The position numbers and the translations under genes are program-made. The notes under the pieces were generated by a model that ran no database searches, was not told the DNA's origin, and worked only from the letters and a program-made list of their open reading frames with translations. From an uncultured Clostridia bacterium (GTDB lineage: Bacteria > Bacillota > Clostridia > Oscillospirales > Acutalibacteraceae): DNA of 64,000 bases. This document shows, one piece after another, positions 37,948 through 47,102 of this stretch; within the stretch, counting starts at the first letter, position 1, and every line of letters starts with the position of its first letter. The stretch lies in NCBI GenBank assembly GCA_947166625.1, contig CAMVEX010000016.1, positions 2,414 to 66,413 on the forward strand, written 5' to 3'.

Positions 37948-38688
37948 ATGAAAATTGCATACCGCGCGGTGAATATCCTGCTCGCCGTGCTGATAGTTTT
38001 ATCGGCGTTTTTCGTAAATTTTGTCGAGGTCAAAATGGAGACGACCGAGAGCCTCGCGGAATTATTCAAGACCTTTTCAAAGGACGCCTCCGAGGGCGCC
38101 GCAGTGTATGAGCAGTTTTCCGTAAAGAGGATGATAGATGTGGCGCGCGGCAAAGACAGCCTGTCATCAATCTTTTCCTCATTGGACGGCCCGATACTCT
38201 GGCCCGAGGATTTCAACGTGCTCAATGCGAGGCTTATCACGGTAGGCGTGTCGTTGGTGTTTATGGTGGCGCTGGCGCTGTTTATCATCATTTTTTCGAT
38301 TTTCAGCGGCAACAAGCTCGTGCCTTTTATCACGGGGATAGTCGGCATTATCGCGGATATAGTGATGATAGCCGCATTCCGCTCCGCGGCGACCGATGTA
38401 TATAACGGCACCGTCGATCTCTCGGCGTTTCTTTTGGATAAGATCATCGGCAGCAATCTCTTTTCGAGCCTGCTCGGCTCCCTCGCGGGCAACGCCGTTA
38501 ATTTCGTATTTTCTCTCTGCGGGCTTCAGAATGCTCTGCTCTTTATCTTCATAGCGGTGGTGCTCTGGGCGGCGATAAATTTCCTGGTGAATCTGGGAGA
38601 CCCCGAGGCTGAGAAAGAAAAGCAGGCGGCGAGAGAAATCAAGGCGGCGAAGAAATCCGCAAAAAAGGCGAAAAAGGAAGGTGCCTGA
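37948..38688 (+). CDS. Hypothetical polytopic membrane protein with a Lys-rich tail
   Basis: A 246-aa ORF with about five hydrophobic segments and the C-terminus AAKKSAKKAKKEGA. Confidence 0.5.
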   Translation: MKIAYRAVNILLAVLIVLSAFFVNFVEVKMETTESLAELFKTFSKDASEGAAVYEQFSVKRMIDVARGKDSLSSIFSSLDGPILWPEDFNVLNARLITVGVSLVFMVALALFIIIFSIFSGNKLVPFITGIVGIIADIVMIAAFRSAATDVYNGTVDLSAFLLDKIIGSNLFSSLLGSLAGNAVNFVFSLCGLQNALLFIFIAVVLWAAINFLVNLGDPEAEKEKQAAREIKAAKKSAKKAKKEGA

Positions 38689-38689
38689 T

Positions 38690-40534
38690 ATGAAAACCGT
38701 TTCATTCAAAAATATAAAGCTCGGCGGTTTCTGGGCAGACAGAGCCGAGATAAACAGGACCGTAACCCTGCCGACAGTATATAAAAGATTCAAAGAATCC
38801 GGCAGATTTGACGCCTTCAAATGCGATTGGCACGAGGGCAGCGACGCTCCGAGACCCCATTATTTCTGGGACAGCGACGTAGCCAAATGGATCGAGGCGG
38901 CTTCATATATCCTCTGCTTCCATCCCGACCCGGAGCTTGAAAAAATCGTTGATTCCACGGTCGATCTCATTGAAAAAAATCAATCCGAAAACGGCTACTT
39001 CAATATCTATTTCACCGCCGTCGAGCCCGATAAAAGATTCGCGGTGAGAGATTGGCACGAGCTTTACTGCGCGGGTCATCTGCTCGAGGCGGCTCTCGCC
39101 TATAACGAGGCGACGGGCAAGGATAAATTCCTGCGCATCATGATAAAATACATAGATCTTATCGAAAAGGTCTTTAAGATCGAGCATTCGGCTCAGTTTG
39201 ACACCCCCGGTCACGAAGAAATAGAGCTTGCGCTTGTAAAGCTGTATAACTTTACAAAAGATGAAAAATATCTGAATCTGAGCAAATATTTCGTCGATAC
39301 GCGCGGAAAAGGCGAAAAAGACGCCGCTCAGAATAACTGGGCGGGTCCGGACTATTATCAATCCGATATTCCCGTGAGAGAATTCACCCACGCCGAGGGT
39401 CATTCGGTCAGGGCGATGTATCTCTATTGCGCCATGGCGGATCTCGCCGGCATCACGGGCGACAAAGAGCTTTTTGACGCCTGCGAAAGAGTGTTTGACA
39501 ACACGGCTTACAGGCAGATGTATATCACCGGAGGCATCGGCTCCGCCTCACGCGGCGAGAGATTTACCGAGGATTATGTGCTCCCGAATTCCGAAGCCTA
39601 TGCGGAGACCTGCGCGGCGATAGGCCTCGCCCTTTTTGCAAGGAGGATGAGCGCGGTCTGCCCCGATTCAAAATACGCCGATGTTGCCGAAAGAGCGATG
39701 TATAACGGCTCTATCTCCGGCGTTTCGCTTGACGGCAGAGCGTTCTTTTATATGAATCCTCTTGAAATCGACCTTGAAAAACGCAGAGTTTGCGAAAAAT
39801 GGTATTACGGAAAGGATACCTACAAGCCCATCACTCAGAGGGTAGAGCTTTTCGGCTGCTCCTGCTGCCCGCCCAATATCGCGCGATTTGTCGCTTCCAT
39901 GGGCGATTTCCTCTATTCTTATGACGACGATACCGTCTATATCCATCACTATATGCAGAGCGAGGCGGAATTTGACGGCATAAAGATCACTCAGCAGACA
40001 AGATACCCCAACGAGGGCGAAGTGAGGATAACATTGAGCGGTATGAAGGGCAAAAAAGCCGCCGTGAGGATCCCCGGCTGGTGCTCCTATGTTTCGCTCG
40101 GCGGCGAAAAACTTGCCGCCCCCGTAAAGAAGGGCTACGCCTATATAGATATTACCGAGGATTCGCAGACTCTCGACCTCTGGTTTGAGATGAAGTGCGT
40201 ATTCATCGCGGCAAATCCCAAGGTGGCGGCGGATAACGGCAAGGTCTGCCTTTGCAGAGGGCCTGTTGTTTACTGCGCCGAAAGCGTGATGAATGATAAT
40301 GTAAATCTCAGGAATATTTCGCTTGATATCAACGGCGTGACCGGCCTCACCTTCAGCGATGAGATCGGAATGTATATCGCCGAGACGGACGCCTTTGAGG
40401 ATGCTCCCTCGGATTCGCTTTATTTCGATGCCTCGCAGGCGGAGCCTGTAAAACGAAAGATAAAAATGCTGCCTTATTTTGCCTACGCCAACCACGGCGA
40501 GAGCAATATGGCGGTCTGGCTGAGAAAGGGATAA
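38690..40534 (+). CDS. Glycoside hydrolase family 127 (DUF1680, beta-L-arabinofuranosidase-like)
   Basis: YFWDSDVAKWIEAASY and a C-terminal Cys cluster (CSCCPPN) are present. The ATG at 38690 follows AAGGAAGG. Confidence 0.82.
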   Translation: MKTVSFKNIKLGGFWADRAEINRTVTLPTVYKRFKESGRFDAFKCDWHEGSDAPRPHYFWDSDVAKWIEAASYILCFHPDPELEKIVDSTVDLIEKNQSENGYFNIYFTAVEPDKRFAVRDWHELYCAGHLLEAALAYNEATGKDKFLRIMIKYIDLIEKVFKIEHSAQFDTPGHEEIELALVKLYNFTKDEKYLNLSKYFVDTRGKGEKDAAQNNWAGPDYYQSDIPVREFTHAEGHSVRAMYLYCAMADLAGITGDKELFDACERVFDNTAYRQMYITGGIGSASRGERFTEDYVLPNSEAYAETCAAIGLALFARRMSAVCPDSKYADVAERAMYNGSISGVSLDGRAFFYMNPLEIDLEKRRVCEKWYYGKDTYKPITQRVELFGCSCCPPNIARFVASMGDFLYSYDDDTVYIHHYMQSEAEFDGIKITQQTRYPNEGEVRITLSGMKGKKAAVRIPGWCSYVSLGGEKLAAPVKKGYAYIDITEDSQTLDLWFEMKCVFIAANPKVAADNGKVCLCRGPVVYCAESVMNDNVNLRNISLDINGVTGLTFSDEIGMYIAETDAFEDAPSDSLYFDASQAEPVKRKIKMLPYFAYANHGESNMAVWLRKG

Positions 40535-40538
40535 CGAT

Positions 40539-42008
40539 ATGAAAAAAATCACCGTTTCCGGAAAAAGATTCATTGATTCATCGGGCAGAGAGAGAATTTT
40601 TAACGGAATCAATCTGTGCGACAAGGGATATTATGAAAACGGCGACAGCAAACGTATCTATAAACCCGATGAGTATTTCAGCGATGAGCTGATAAAAACT
40701 CTTGCCGATGACGGCTTCAATATAGTCCGTCTCGGCCTCACCTGGGATGCGGTCGAGCCGCAGCCCGGTCAGTATGATGAGGAATACCTCGCAAAAATCA
40801 GGCGCGTGGCGGATCGCTGCGCAAAATACGGGATATATTTTTATCTCGATATGCATCAGGATCTTTTCGCGGGCGCTCCCGGCTGCTCGGGGGACGGCGC
40901 CCCGCCGTGGGCGTGCCTTACGGACGGCGCAAAATTCAAGCCCGAAAGATTCGTATGGGCTGAGGGCTACTTCTGGGGCAAGGCGGTCCACAGAGCCTTT
41001 GATTCCTTCTGGCAAAATAAATCCTACAAGGGCGCTCCGCTCCAAAATTATTTTTGCAATATGTGGAAACACGTTGCGGGCGAATTTGCGGATCATCCCG
41101 CTCTCTTCGGCTTCGATATGCTCAATGAGCCCTTCCCCGGCACGGACGGAGGAAAGGTATTCCGCAAGCTTATCGGCGGAGTGGTAAAGACCGTTTTGAC
41201 CGATAAGAGATGCAAATTATCCTTCTTCGCAAAGCAGATTTTCAAGGGCAACCTCATCGGATGCCTTGAGCCCTTCGCGGATTATTCCCTTTTCCGCAAG
41301 GCGACAAGCGGCGCGGATAAGCTGATAAATAAATTCGATACAGGGTATTATTCCGAATTTGTTGACCGCACCGCCTCCGCCATCAGAGAGGTGACGGATA
41401 ACGGCATCATCATGATGGAAAACAGCTATTATTCAAATCTCGGCATACCGTATTCCACCCCCGCGGTCACGGTAAACGGCAGGCGCGAGCCTCAGCTCTG
41501 CTTCGCTCCCCACGCTTATGACCTGATGGTGGATACCCCCGAATACAAATACGCCAGCAACACGAGAGTCGGCGGTATCTTTGACGAGCACAGACGCTCG
41601 CAGGAGCGCCTCGGAGTGCCTCTGATAGTCGGCGAATGGGGCGGCCAGAGCGAAGGCACCGAATGGCTCGACCATATCGAATATCTGCTTGATAAATTCG
41701 ATTCTTACCGCTGGGGGCAGACCTACTGGTGCTATTATGACGGTCTTCTCGAAAATCCGATAATGCGCGACCTTGTGAGGACCGCTCCCGTCGCCGTCAC
41801 GGGCGAAATAGAGAGCTACTCCTTCGACAGAGAAAATAATGTTTTCGCCCTTGCTTATGATCAAAAAGGCGAATTTGACGAGCCGACGGAGATATATCTC
41901 CACTCATCGCCCGCCGAAATCATCGCAGACGGAGAATATGAGCTTGACGGCAAGATCCTCAAAATAAAGACCGGAGCCGGCAGGCACGAGATCAAAATCA
42001 AATTCTGA
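40539..42008 (+). CDS. Glycoside hydrolase family 5
   Basis: GFNIVRLGLTWDAVEP, YLDMHQD and the catalytic FDMLNEP motif are present. Confidence 0.8.
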   Translation: MKKITVSGKRFIDSSGRERIFNGINLCDKGYYENGDSKRIYKPDEYFSDELIKTLADDGFNIVRLGLTWDAVEPQPGQYDEEYLAKIRRVADRCAKYGIYFYLDMHQDLFAGAPGCSGDGAPPWACLTDGAKFKPERFVWAEGYFWGKAVHRAFDSFWQNKSYKGAPLQNYFCNMWKHVAGEFADHPALFGFDMLNEPFPGTDGGKVFRKLIGGVVKTVLTDKRCKLSFFAKQIFKGNLIGCLEPFADYSLFRKATSGADKLINKFDTGYYSEFVDRTASAIREVTDNGIIMMENSYYSNLGIPYSTPAVTVNGRREPQLCFAPHAYDLMVDTPEYKYASNTRVGGIFDEHRRSQERLGVPLIVGEWGGQSEGTEWLDHIEYLLDKFDSYRWGQTYWCYYDGLLENPIMRDLVRTAPVAVTGEIESYSFDRENNVFALAYDQKGEFDEPTEIYLHSSPAEIIADGEYELDGKILKIKTGAGRHEIKIKF

Positions 42009-42050
42009 CGGCGCGAATAACGCCGCATATATTTCACGGAGGCAGATTTT

Positions 42051-43001
42051 ATGGCAAAAATAATCGGCAGCCCGATCCCTGCCATTCCCTGGGAAGACAA
42101 GCCGGAGGGCTTCAGATACCCCGTATGGAGATATTCGGGCAATCCCGTAATAACCCGCGACGATCTGTTTTTTGCAAACAGTATTTTCAACTCCGCCGTC
42201 GTCCCCTTTAACGGCGGCTTTGCGGGCGTGTTCCGCGTTGACGACAGGACCCGCGATCAGAATATCGTGACTGGCTTCAGCAAAGACGCTGTTCACTGGG
42301 AGCTTGACGAAAAGATAATTTTCAAGGGCTATGATCCGAGGATCTGCGAGATAGGCGGCAGATATTATCTGAGCTGGGTCAACCTCACTCCCCACGGCAC
42401 GACAATCGGCGTTGCCGTGACCGATGATTTCATATCCTGGGAGCAGCTTGAGGATGCGACCTACCCCGTCGCCCGCAACGGAGTGCTTTTCCCGCGAAAG
42501 ATAGGCGGCGAATATATGATGCTCGTTCGCCCCTGCGACAGAGGGCACACCCCCTACGGCGATATTTACATCCAGCGAAGCAAAGATCTCGAATACTGGG
42601 GCAAATACAGATTTGTGATGGGTCCCGTCAAAAACTGGGAGATGACAAAGGTCGGCGCGGGCCCCACACCCATTGAGACGGACGAGGGCTGGCTCGCCTT
42701 TTACCACGGAGTTATCACAAGTTGTAACGGCTTCACTTACAGCATGGGCGCCGCCATCCTCGATATAAATGAGCCGTGGAAGGTGCTCCACAGGGCAGAC
42801 AGCTTCCTGCTCGCACCCCACGAAAGCTATGAAACGACGGGCGATGTGCCCAATGTCGTATTCCCCTGCGCCGCTCTCGCCGACGCCGATACGGGAAGGA
42901 TCGCGATTTATTACGGCGCCGCCGATACCTCGGTAGCCCTCGCCTTCACCACCGTTGACGAAACGGTGAATTATATCAAAACCCACGACCTCATAAAATG
43001 A
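42051..43001 (+). CDS. Glycoside hydrolase family 130 (mannoside phosphorylase/hydrolase family)
   Basis: NPVITRDD, FNSAVVPFNGGFAGVFRVDD and a five-bladed propeller pattern are present in a 316-aa ORF. Confidence 0.8.
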   Translation: MAKIIGSPIPAIPWEDKPEGFRYPVWRYSGNPVITRDDLFFANSIFNSAVVPFNGGFAGVFRVDDRTRDQNIVTGFSKDAVHWELDEKIIFKGYDPRICEIGGRYYLSWVNLTPHGTTIGVAVTDDFISWEQLEDATYPVARNGVLFPRKIGGEYMMLVRPCDRGHTPYGDIYIQRSKDLEYWGKYRFVMGPVKNWEMTKVGAGPTPIETDEGWLAFYHGVITSCNGFTYSMGAAILDINEPWKVLHRADSFLLAPHESYETTGDVPNVVFPCAALADADTGRIAIYYGAADTSVALAFTTVDETVNYIKTHDLIK

Positions 43002-43016
43002 TCACCGGATAAAGAA

Positions 43017-43048
43017 AACGGATCGTTTGACGATCCGTTGATTTTTTT
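43017..43048 (+). terminator. Rho-independent terminator after the GH cluster
   Basis: Stem AACGGATCG (43017-43025) pairs with CGATCCGTT (43031-43039), followed by a run of 7 T. Confidence 0.8.
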
Positions 43049-43067
43049 ATTCTGTTTATACGGATTT

Positions 43068-43898
43068 TCAGGCGACGGTCACTGTTTTTGAGGGGTTTTT
43101 GAATCCGCTGAAAATGAAGTTGAAAAACGCGCGTATTTTGGCGAAAAATCCGTTATCGACATTTATTTTGATGATCTTGCCGCCCTTTATCACTCCGTTG
43201 GGGTCAAATGCCTTGACCGTTACCTGACGGCTCTCCGTTACCGTGCCGAGAGGAAACTCGGCGGAGAAAATCTCCTTTGAGCCGTCGCTCACGAAGGTCT
43301 TATCCTCGATCGTGAGCTTATAATCCTTCGGCAGATTGCGCACATTTATTTTGAGGGTCACGGTGTTTTTATAATCAGCGCCGTAATTTTCGTTGCCGGG
43401 CATTCCGAAGATCCCGACATAGTCCGTTTTAACATATCCGACGCCGTCGCCGAAGCTGATCTTATACCAGCTGCTCTCCGGCGAAGAAACCTCACCGAGG
43501 ATATAGACGCCCGCGCCGAGAGTGAGCCCGCCGATACGCGCGGAGCTTTCATTCGCCTCTCCGCGGACGTTCAATGCGCCGGTGCTGACCCTGCCGATCT
43601 CCATTACAAGAGCGGCATACTTGCTCATAATATAGCCGACGCCGTTGCCGTAGTTTATCTTATACCACGAATCGCTTCCCTCTGTGATCTTTTCCATCAC
43701 AAATACTTCCGACCCGAGGGTAACTCCGCCTATTCTCGCCGAATCGGTGTTCGGAGCCTCACGAACATTTACAGCGCCGCCGGTGATGATCGCGGGCTTC
43801 TGAACGGATTCGCTCTGAGCGAACGCGCTGACCGACAGCAGGCAGAGCAAGATGATCGCCGCAAGGGCTGCGGAAATAACTCTTTTGATGTTTTTCAT
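43068..43898 (-). CDS. Secreted protein with two bacterial SH3 domains
   Basis: The likely start is MKNIKRV at 43898, which begins a signal peptide. There are two repeats of GAVNVR...ARIGG...SWYKI. Confidence 0.7.
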   Translation of the reverse strand: MKNIKRVISAALAAIILLCLLSVSAFAQSESVQKPAIITGGAVNVREAPNTDSARIGGVTLGSEVFVMEKITEGSDSWYKINYGNGVGYIMSKYAALVMEIGRVSTGALNVRGEANESSARIGGLTLGAGVYILGEVSSPESSWYKISFGDGVGYVKTDYVGIFGMPGNENYGADYKNTVTLKINVRNLPKDYKLTIEDKTFVSDGSKEIFSAEFPLGTVTESRQVTVKAFDPNGVIKGGKIIKINVDNGFFAKIRAFFNFIFSGFKNPSKTVTVA

Positions 43899-43969
43899 GA
43901 CCGTCCCTCCGTTTAATTGATTTGATACTGTAAGTATATTATACCACACGGAGTTTCGCTTATCAACCG

Positions 43970-45127
43970 TCAGCCGCGCTCTTTATTTTTCCTTTTCCTT
44001 AATATAAGTGCTGTGACGCCTCCCGCAACTGCCGCCGCCGCGGCGCATATCACAGCGATCAAAGCGGTTTTTTTGCCCGGATTTTCAGGGGAAGCCGTGT
44101 CGGACGGCTCCTTAGTGCTCTCATCGGGCTTTGAAGCGGTTTCGCTCTGCGAAGCGGTCGATTTCGCGGAGGTTTCGGTTTCGGATTCTTCCGTTTCGCT
44201 CTCTTTTTCCGTTTCGGTTTCTTCTGCCTTTGTTTCATCGACGGTTTCATCCGTAAAGGTCATAAATGAGATGACCTCGGGCGAAGCGACGCTCTTTTCG
44301 TTGCCGTCAACGGTTTTGAGAGAGGTGTATCTGCCCTGAACGGACGGCGAAAAATCCTGCTCCGCGAGCAGCCAGGTGTAATGATTTATGAGCAGGGCAG
44401 CCGCCGGTGCGAGAGAGCATGAGGTGAATCTTACGGCGGATTTGTCTGATGCCGCGCCCCTGATATTATTCCACGAGGGCAGGGCGAAAGAGGCGTAATT
44501 TGAATAGGTGTCGCCCTTGCAGGCGAATATCCATATCCTCTTGTTTTTCAAGGCCTGCGCTTCGGATGAACTGATGAGGGTCCTCGGCGAAAAGAGCATC
44601 AAACCGTCGATAAGCTCCGGATGAGCGAGGGTCAGGCGGGTCGCTCCGCTCGCGCCGATACACCATCCGCCTACGATCACCCTCCGGGTATCTATATTGT
44701 GCTTTCCGATAAAATCGCTTATCGCCGCATACATCGGCTCAACGGGGCAGGTGTCGAAATAAATCGGCTCCGGAGCCCGCAAAATCAGAATATACATACC
44801 TTCCGCGCCCGGAACCCTCGCCTGAAATTCTTCAGACGACCAGTAGGCAAAATCATTCGCGTCAAGCTCGTGACCCGCAGGAGTGCCCTCGCCCGCGCCC
44901 GCCATAAGGATAACGAGGGGGCATTTTTTATCCGTTTCGGGCACGAAATAACTGTAGCCGAGGCTGAATCCGCCCGCTCTCGGCCCCTTGCCCCTCGACC
45001 ATTGGCCGCGAAGTGGATCGAGCCCCGCGCTTATGCTCATTGCCGAGCCTTTCGGCAGAGCGGCGCAAACGAAAGCGAAAGCGAAAAGAATTAACGGGAT
45101 TATCCTTTTGAATTTTTTCATAAACAA
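43970..45127 (-). CDS. Secreted dienelactone-hydrolase-like esterase with an acidic Ser/Thr/Glu linker and a C-terminal TM anchor
   Basis: A signal peptide is present. The nucleophile elbow reads GGWCIGASG, with Cys in place of Ser. The linker is ETETEKESETEESETE and the C-terminus is hydrophobic. Confidence 0.6.
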   Translation of the reverse strand: MFMKKFKRIIPLILFAFAFVCAALPKGSAMSISAGLDPLRGQWSRGKGPRAGGFSLGYSYFVPETDKKCPLVILMAGAGEGTPAGHELDANDFAYWSSEEFQARVPGAEGMYILILRAPEPIYFDTCPVEPMYAAISDFIGKHNIDTRRVIVGGWCIGASGATRLTLAHPELIDGLMLFSPRTLISSSEAQALKNKRIWIFACKGDTYSNYASFALPSWNNIRGAASDKSAVRFTSCSLAPAAALLINHYTWLLAEQDFSPSVQGRYTSLKTVDGNEKSVASPEVISFMTFTDETVDETKAEETETEKESETEESETETSAKSTASQSETASKPDESTKEPSDTASPENPGKKTALIAVICAAAAAVAGGVTALILRKRKNKERG

Positions 45128-45134
45128 TGCTCCG

Positions 45135-45165
45135 AAAATAAAAAGGGCAGTATCAAACTGCCCTT
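45135..45165 (-). terminator. Rho-independent terminator after rplT
   Basis: On the minus strand the stem AAGGGCAG pairs with CTGCCCTT, followed by a T-rich run. Confidence 0.75.
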
Positions 45166-45176
45166 AAATTCAAATC

Positions 45177-45533
45177 TTAGTTTAACGCTGCCTTTGCCTT
45201 CTCGGTGAGCGCGGTGAACGCTGCGGGATCGGCGATGGCTATTTCGGAGAGCATCTTTCTGTTGAGATTGATGTCCGCCTTCTTGAGACCGTTCATAAAT
45301 GTTGAGTAATTCATGCCGTTGAGCTTGCAGGCAGCCGAAATTCTGGTGATCCAGAGCTTGCGGAAATCTCTCTTTTTGAGTTTTCTGCCGATGTAAGCGT
45401 AGTTGCCGCTCTTCATAACGGCCTGCTTCGCGGTCTTGAAGAGAGCATGCTTTGAGCCGTAGTAGCCCTTAGCAAGTTTGAGAACTTTATTTCTTCTCTT
45501 GCGAGTCATAATCGCGCCTTTAATACGTGCCAT
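45177..45533 (-). CDS. rplT: 50S ribosomal protein L20
   Basis: [26 protein letters not shown]. Confidence 0.97.
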   Translation of the reverse strand: MARIKGAIMTRKRRNKVLKLAKGYYGSKHALFKTAKQAVMKSGNYAYIGRKLKKRDFRKLWITRISAACKLNGMNYSTFMNGLKKADINLNRKMLSEIAIADPAAFTALTEKAKAALN

Positions 45534-45561
45534 AATCTAAATCCTCCGTTAAAATACGATA

Positions 45562-45759
45562 TTATTTGTAGGGTACAAGTCTCTTGATCTGCCTTACGTT
45601 TGTTTCGTCGGCGACGCTGACCTTGCGAAGATTTCTCTTGCGCTTGGTGCTTTTTTTATTTAAGATGTGTGACTTGTAGGCATGAGCACGCATGGGCTTG
45701 CCGTTCTTTGAAATCTTGAAACGCTTTTTAGCGCCGCTGTGTGTCTTGATTTTGGGCAT
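45562..45759 (-). CDS. rpmI: 50S ribosomal protein L35
   Basis: [15 protein letters not shown]. Confidence 0.97.
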   Translation of the reverse strand: MPKIKTHSGAKKRFKISKNGKPMRAHAYKSHILNKKSTKRKRNLRKVSVADETNVRQIKRLVPYK

Positions 45760-45785
45760 AATATATATCCTCCTGTAATATTATG

Positions 45786-46304
45786 TTATTTTGCAGCCTT
45801 GGGGGCCATAAACATAAGCATCTGTCTGCCTTCGAGCTTTGCCGGCTTTTCGACGACCGCATTCTCCGCGAGGGCTTCCTCGGCTCTCTTCATGATGCCG
45901 AGACCGATTTCGGGATGAGCCATTTCACGGCCTCTGAATCTGATAGAAACCTTGAGCTTGTTGCCGCCTTCGAGGAATTTCTTGGCGTGGTTGATCTTGG
46001 TTTCAAAATCGTGGGTGTCGATATTGAGCGAAAGCCTGATTTCTTTGGTCTCGATGATCTTTTGATTTTTGCGGGCTTCCTTCTCTTTTTTTGCCTTTTC
46101 AAATCTGAACTTGCCGTAATCCATGATCTTGCACACGGGCGGGGTCGCCTGCGGCGCGATCTTAACAAGGTCGAGATTGCGCTCCTCTGCAATCTTAAGG
46201 GCTTCGGCGGCGGACATGATCCCTATCTGCTCGCCTTCATCCGAAATGACTCTGACCTCTTTGTCACGGATTTCTTCATTGATCTGCTGTTCCTGCTTGC
46301 TGAT
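45786..46304 (-). CDS. infC: Translation initiation factor IF-3 (probable ATC start)
   Basis: The conserved core INEEIRDKEVRVI...LDLVKI...KIMDYGKFRFE is present. GGGAGG lies 9 nt upstream of an in-frame ATC at 46302-46304. The upstream part of the track ORF runs through the leader and is not IF-3-like. Confidence 0.85.
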   Translation of the reverse strand: MSKQEQQINEEIRDKEVRVISDEGEQIGIMSAAEALKIAEERNLDLVKIAPQATPPVCKIMDYGKFRFEKAKKEKEARKNQKIIETKEIRLSLNIDTHDFETKINHAKKFLEGGNKLKVSIRFRGREMAHPEIGLGIMKRAEEALAENAVVEKPAKLEGRQMLMFMAPKAAK

Positions 46305-46455
46305 GCTAACGCACCTCCCAAAGTAATTCAAAAGCGGGGCAGTCAACACTCTGCCCCGCATAAAATCAACGCACTGCGGCTCTGAAACCGCTTCGCTATT
46401 GACCGACTCGGGCAAGCCCGGAAGGTGAGAGGCAACTGCTCTTCTTTGTTGTGAC
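46305..46455 (-). ncRNA. Putative L20-type ribosomal-protein leader with an attenuator terminator
   Basis: This is the 5' UTR of infC-rpmI-rplT. It contains the hairpin GCGGGGCAG/CTGCCCCGC followed by TTTT (46330-46359), just before the infC RBS. The arrangement matches the Firmicute L20 leader. No covariance model was run. Confidence 0.5.
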
Positions 46456-46458
46456 GGT

Positions 46459-46487
46459 ATTTTAATATAATCGGCGCCGTTTGTCAA
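46459..46487 (-). promoter_or_regulatory. Putative sigma-A promoter of the infC operon
   Basis: The minus strand reads TTGACA (46482-46487), a 17-nt spacer, then TAAAAT (46459-46464). Confidence 0.55.
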
Positions 46488-46515
46488 GCCTTTTTTCAAA
46501 TTTTATTTTTACGGC

Positions 46516-47100
46516 ATTTTTTGCGGTGCATTTACCTTTCGCAATCGGTGGCGGGAGTATATAGAAATACACACTTCAAACTTAGCACTCATCCGCGGGT
46601 TGCGGTGTATTTGCCTCCCGCAATTGGTAGCGGGTGCATATATAATCGCCGCAGAGCGGCAACCGCAATTGCTAATTACTCATTGCTAATTAAACTTCCG
46701 GGATGCGGTACATTACCATCAATTTATCAGTAAAAGGTGTAAGTAAATAACGGGTTGCGGTGTATTTGCCTTCCGTAATCGGTAAAGGGTGACAATAAAA
46801 AGCGGGCGGATAATATCCGCCCCTACGTGATTAAATGCTTGTAAGTTATCAAATATATGCAGTGAAAATTCAAATTTCACTATTGGGTTGCGGTGTATTA
46901 CCCTCCCGCAATCGGTAACGGGTGCATATAAATATCGCCACACCCGTCTCGGCTGCGCCTCGCCACCCTCTCCGGTCTCGGAGAGGGCTACGTGGTGAGA
47001 CTCATTATCTGAATGATAAATAATTTGTACACTCTAAATAACCGCTCATCCACGGGATGAGGCATATTCCCCTTACACGCTCGGTAGCGGGTGCATATAA
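46516..47100 (-). repeat. Repeat cluster R4: six minus-oriented E units, a heptamer tract, hairpin A, hairpin B
   Basis: E units (reverse complement) lie at about 46516-46562, 46590-46645, 46697-46745, 46750-46795, 46885-46930 and 47040-47098. The heptamer tract is at 46667-46694, hairpin A at 46802-46826 and hairpin B at 46966-46987. Confidence 0.85.
46802..46826 (-). repeat. Hairpin A copy 6
   Basis: GGGCGGATA a TATCCGCCC at 46804-46822. Confidence 0.9.
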
Positions 47101-47102
47101 AA

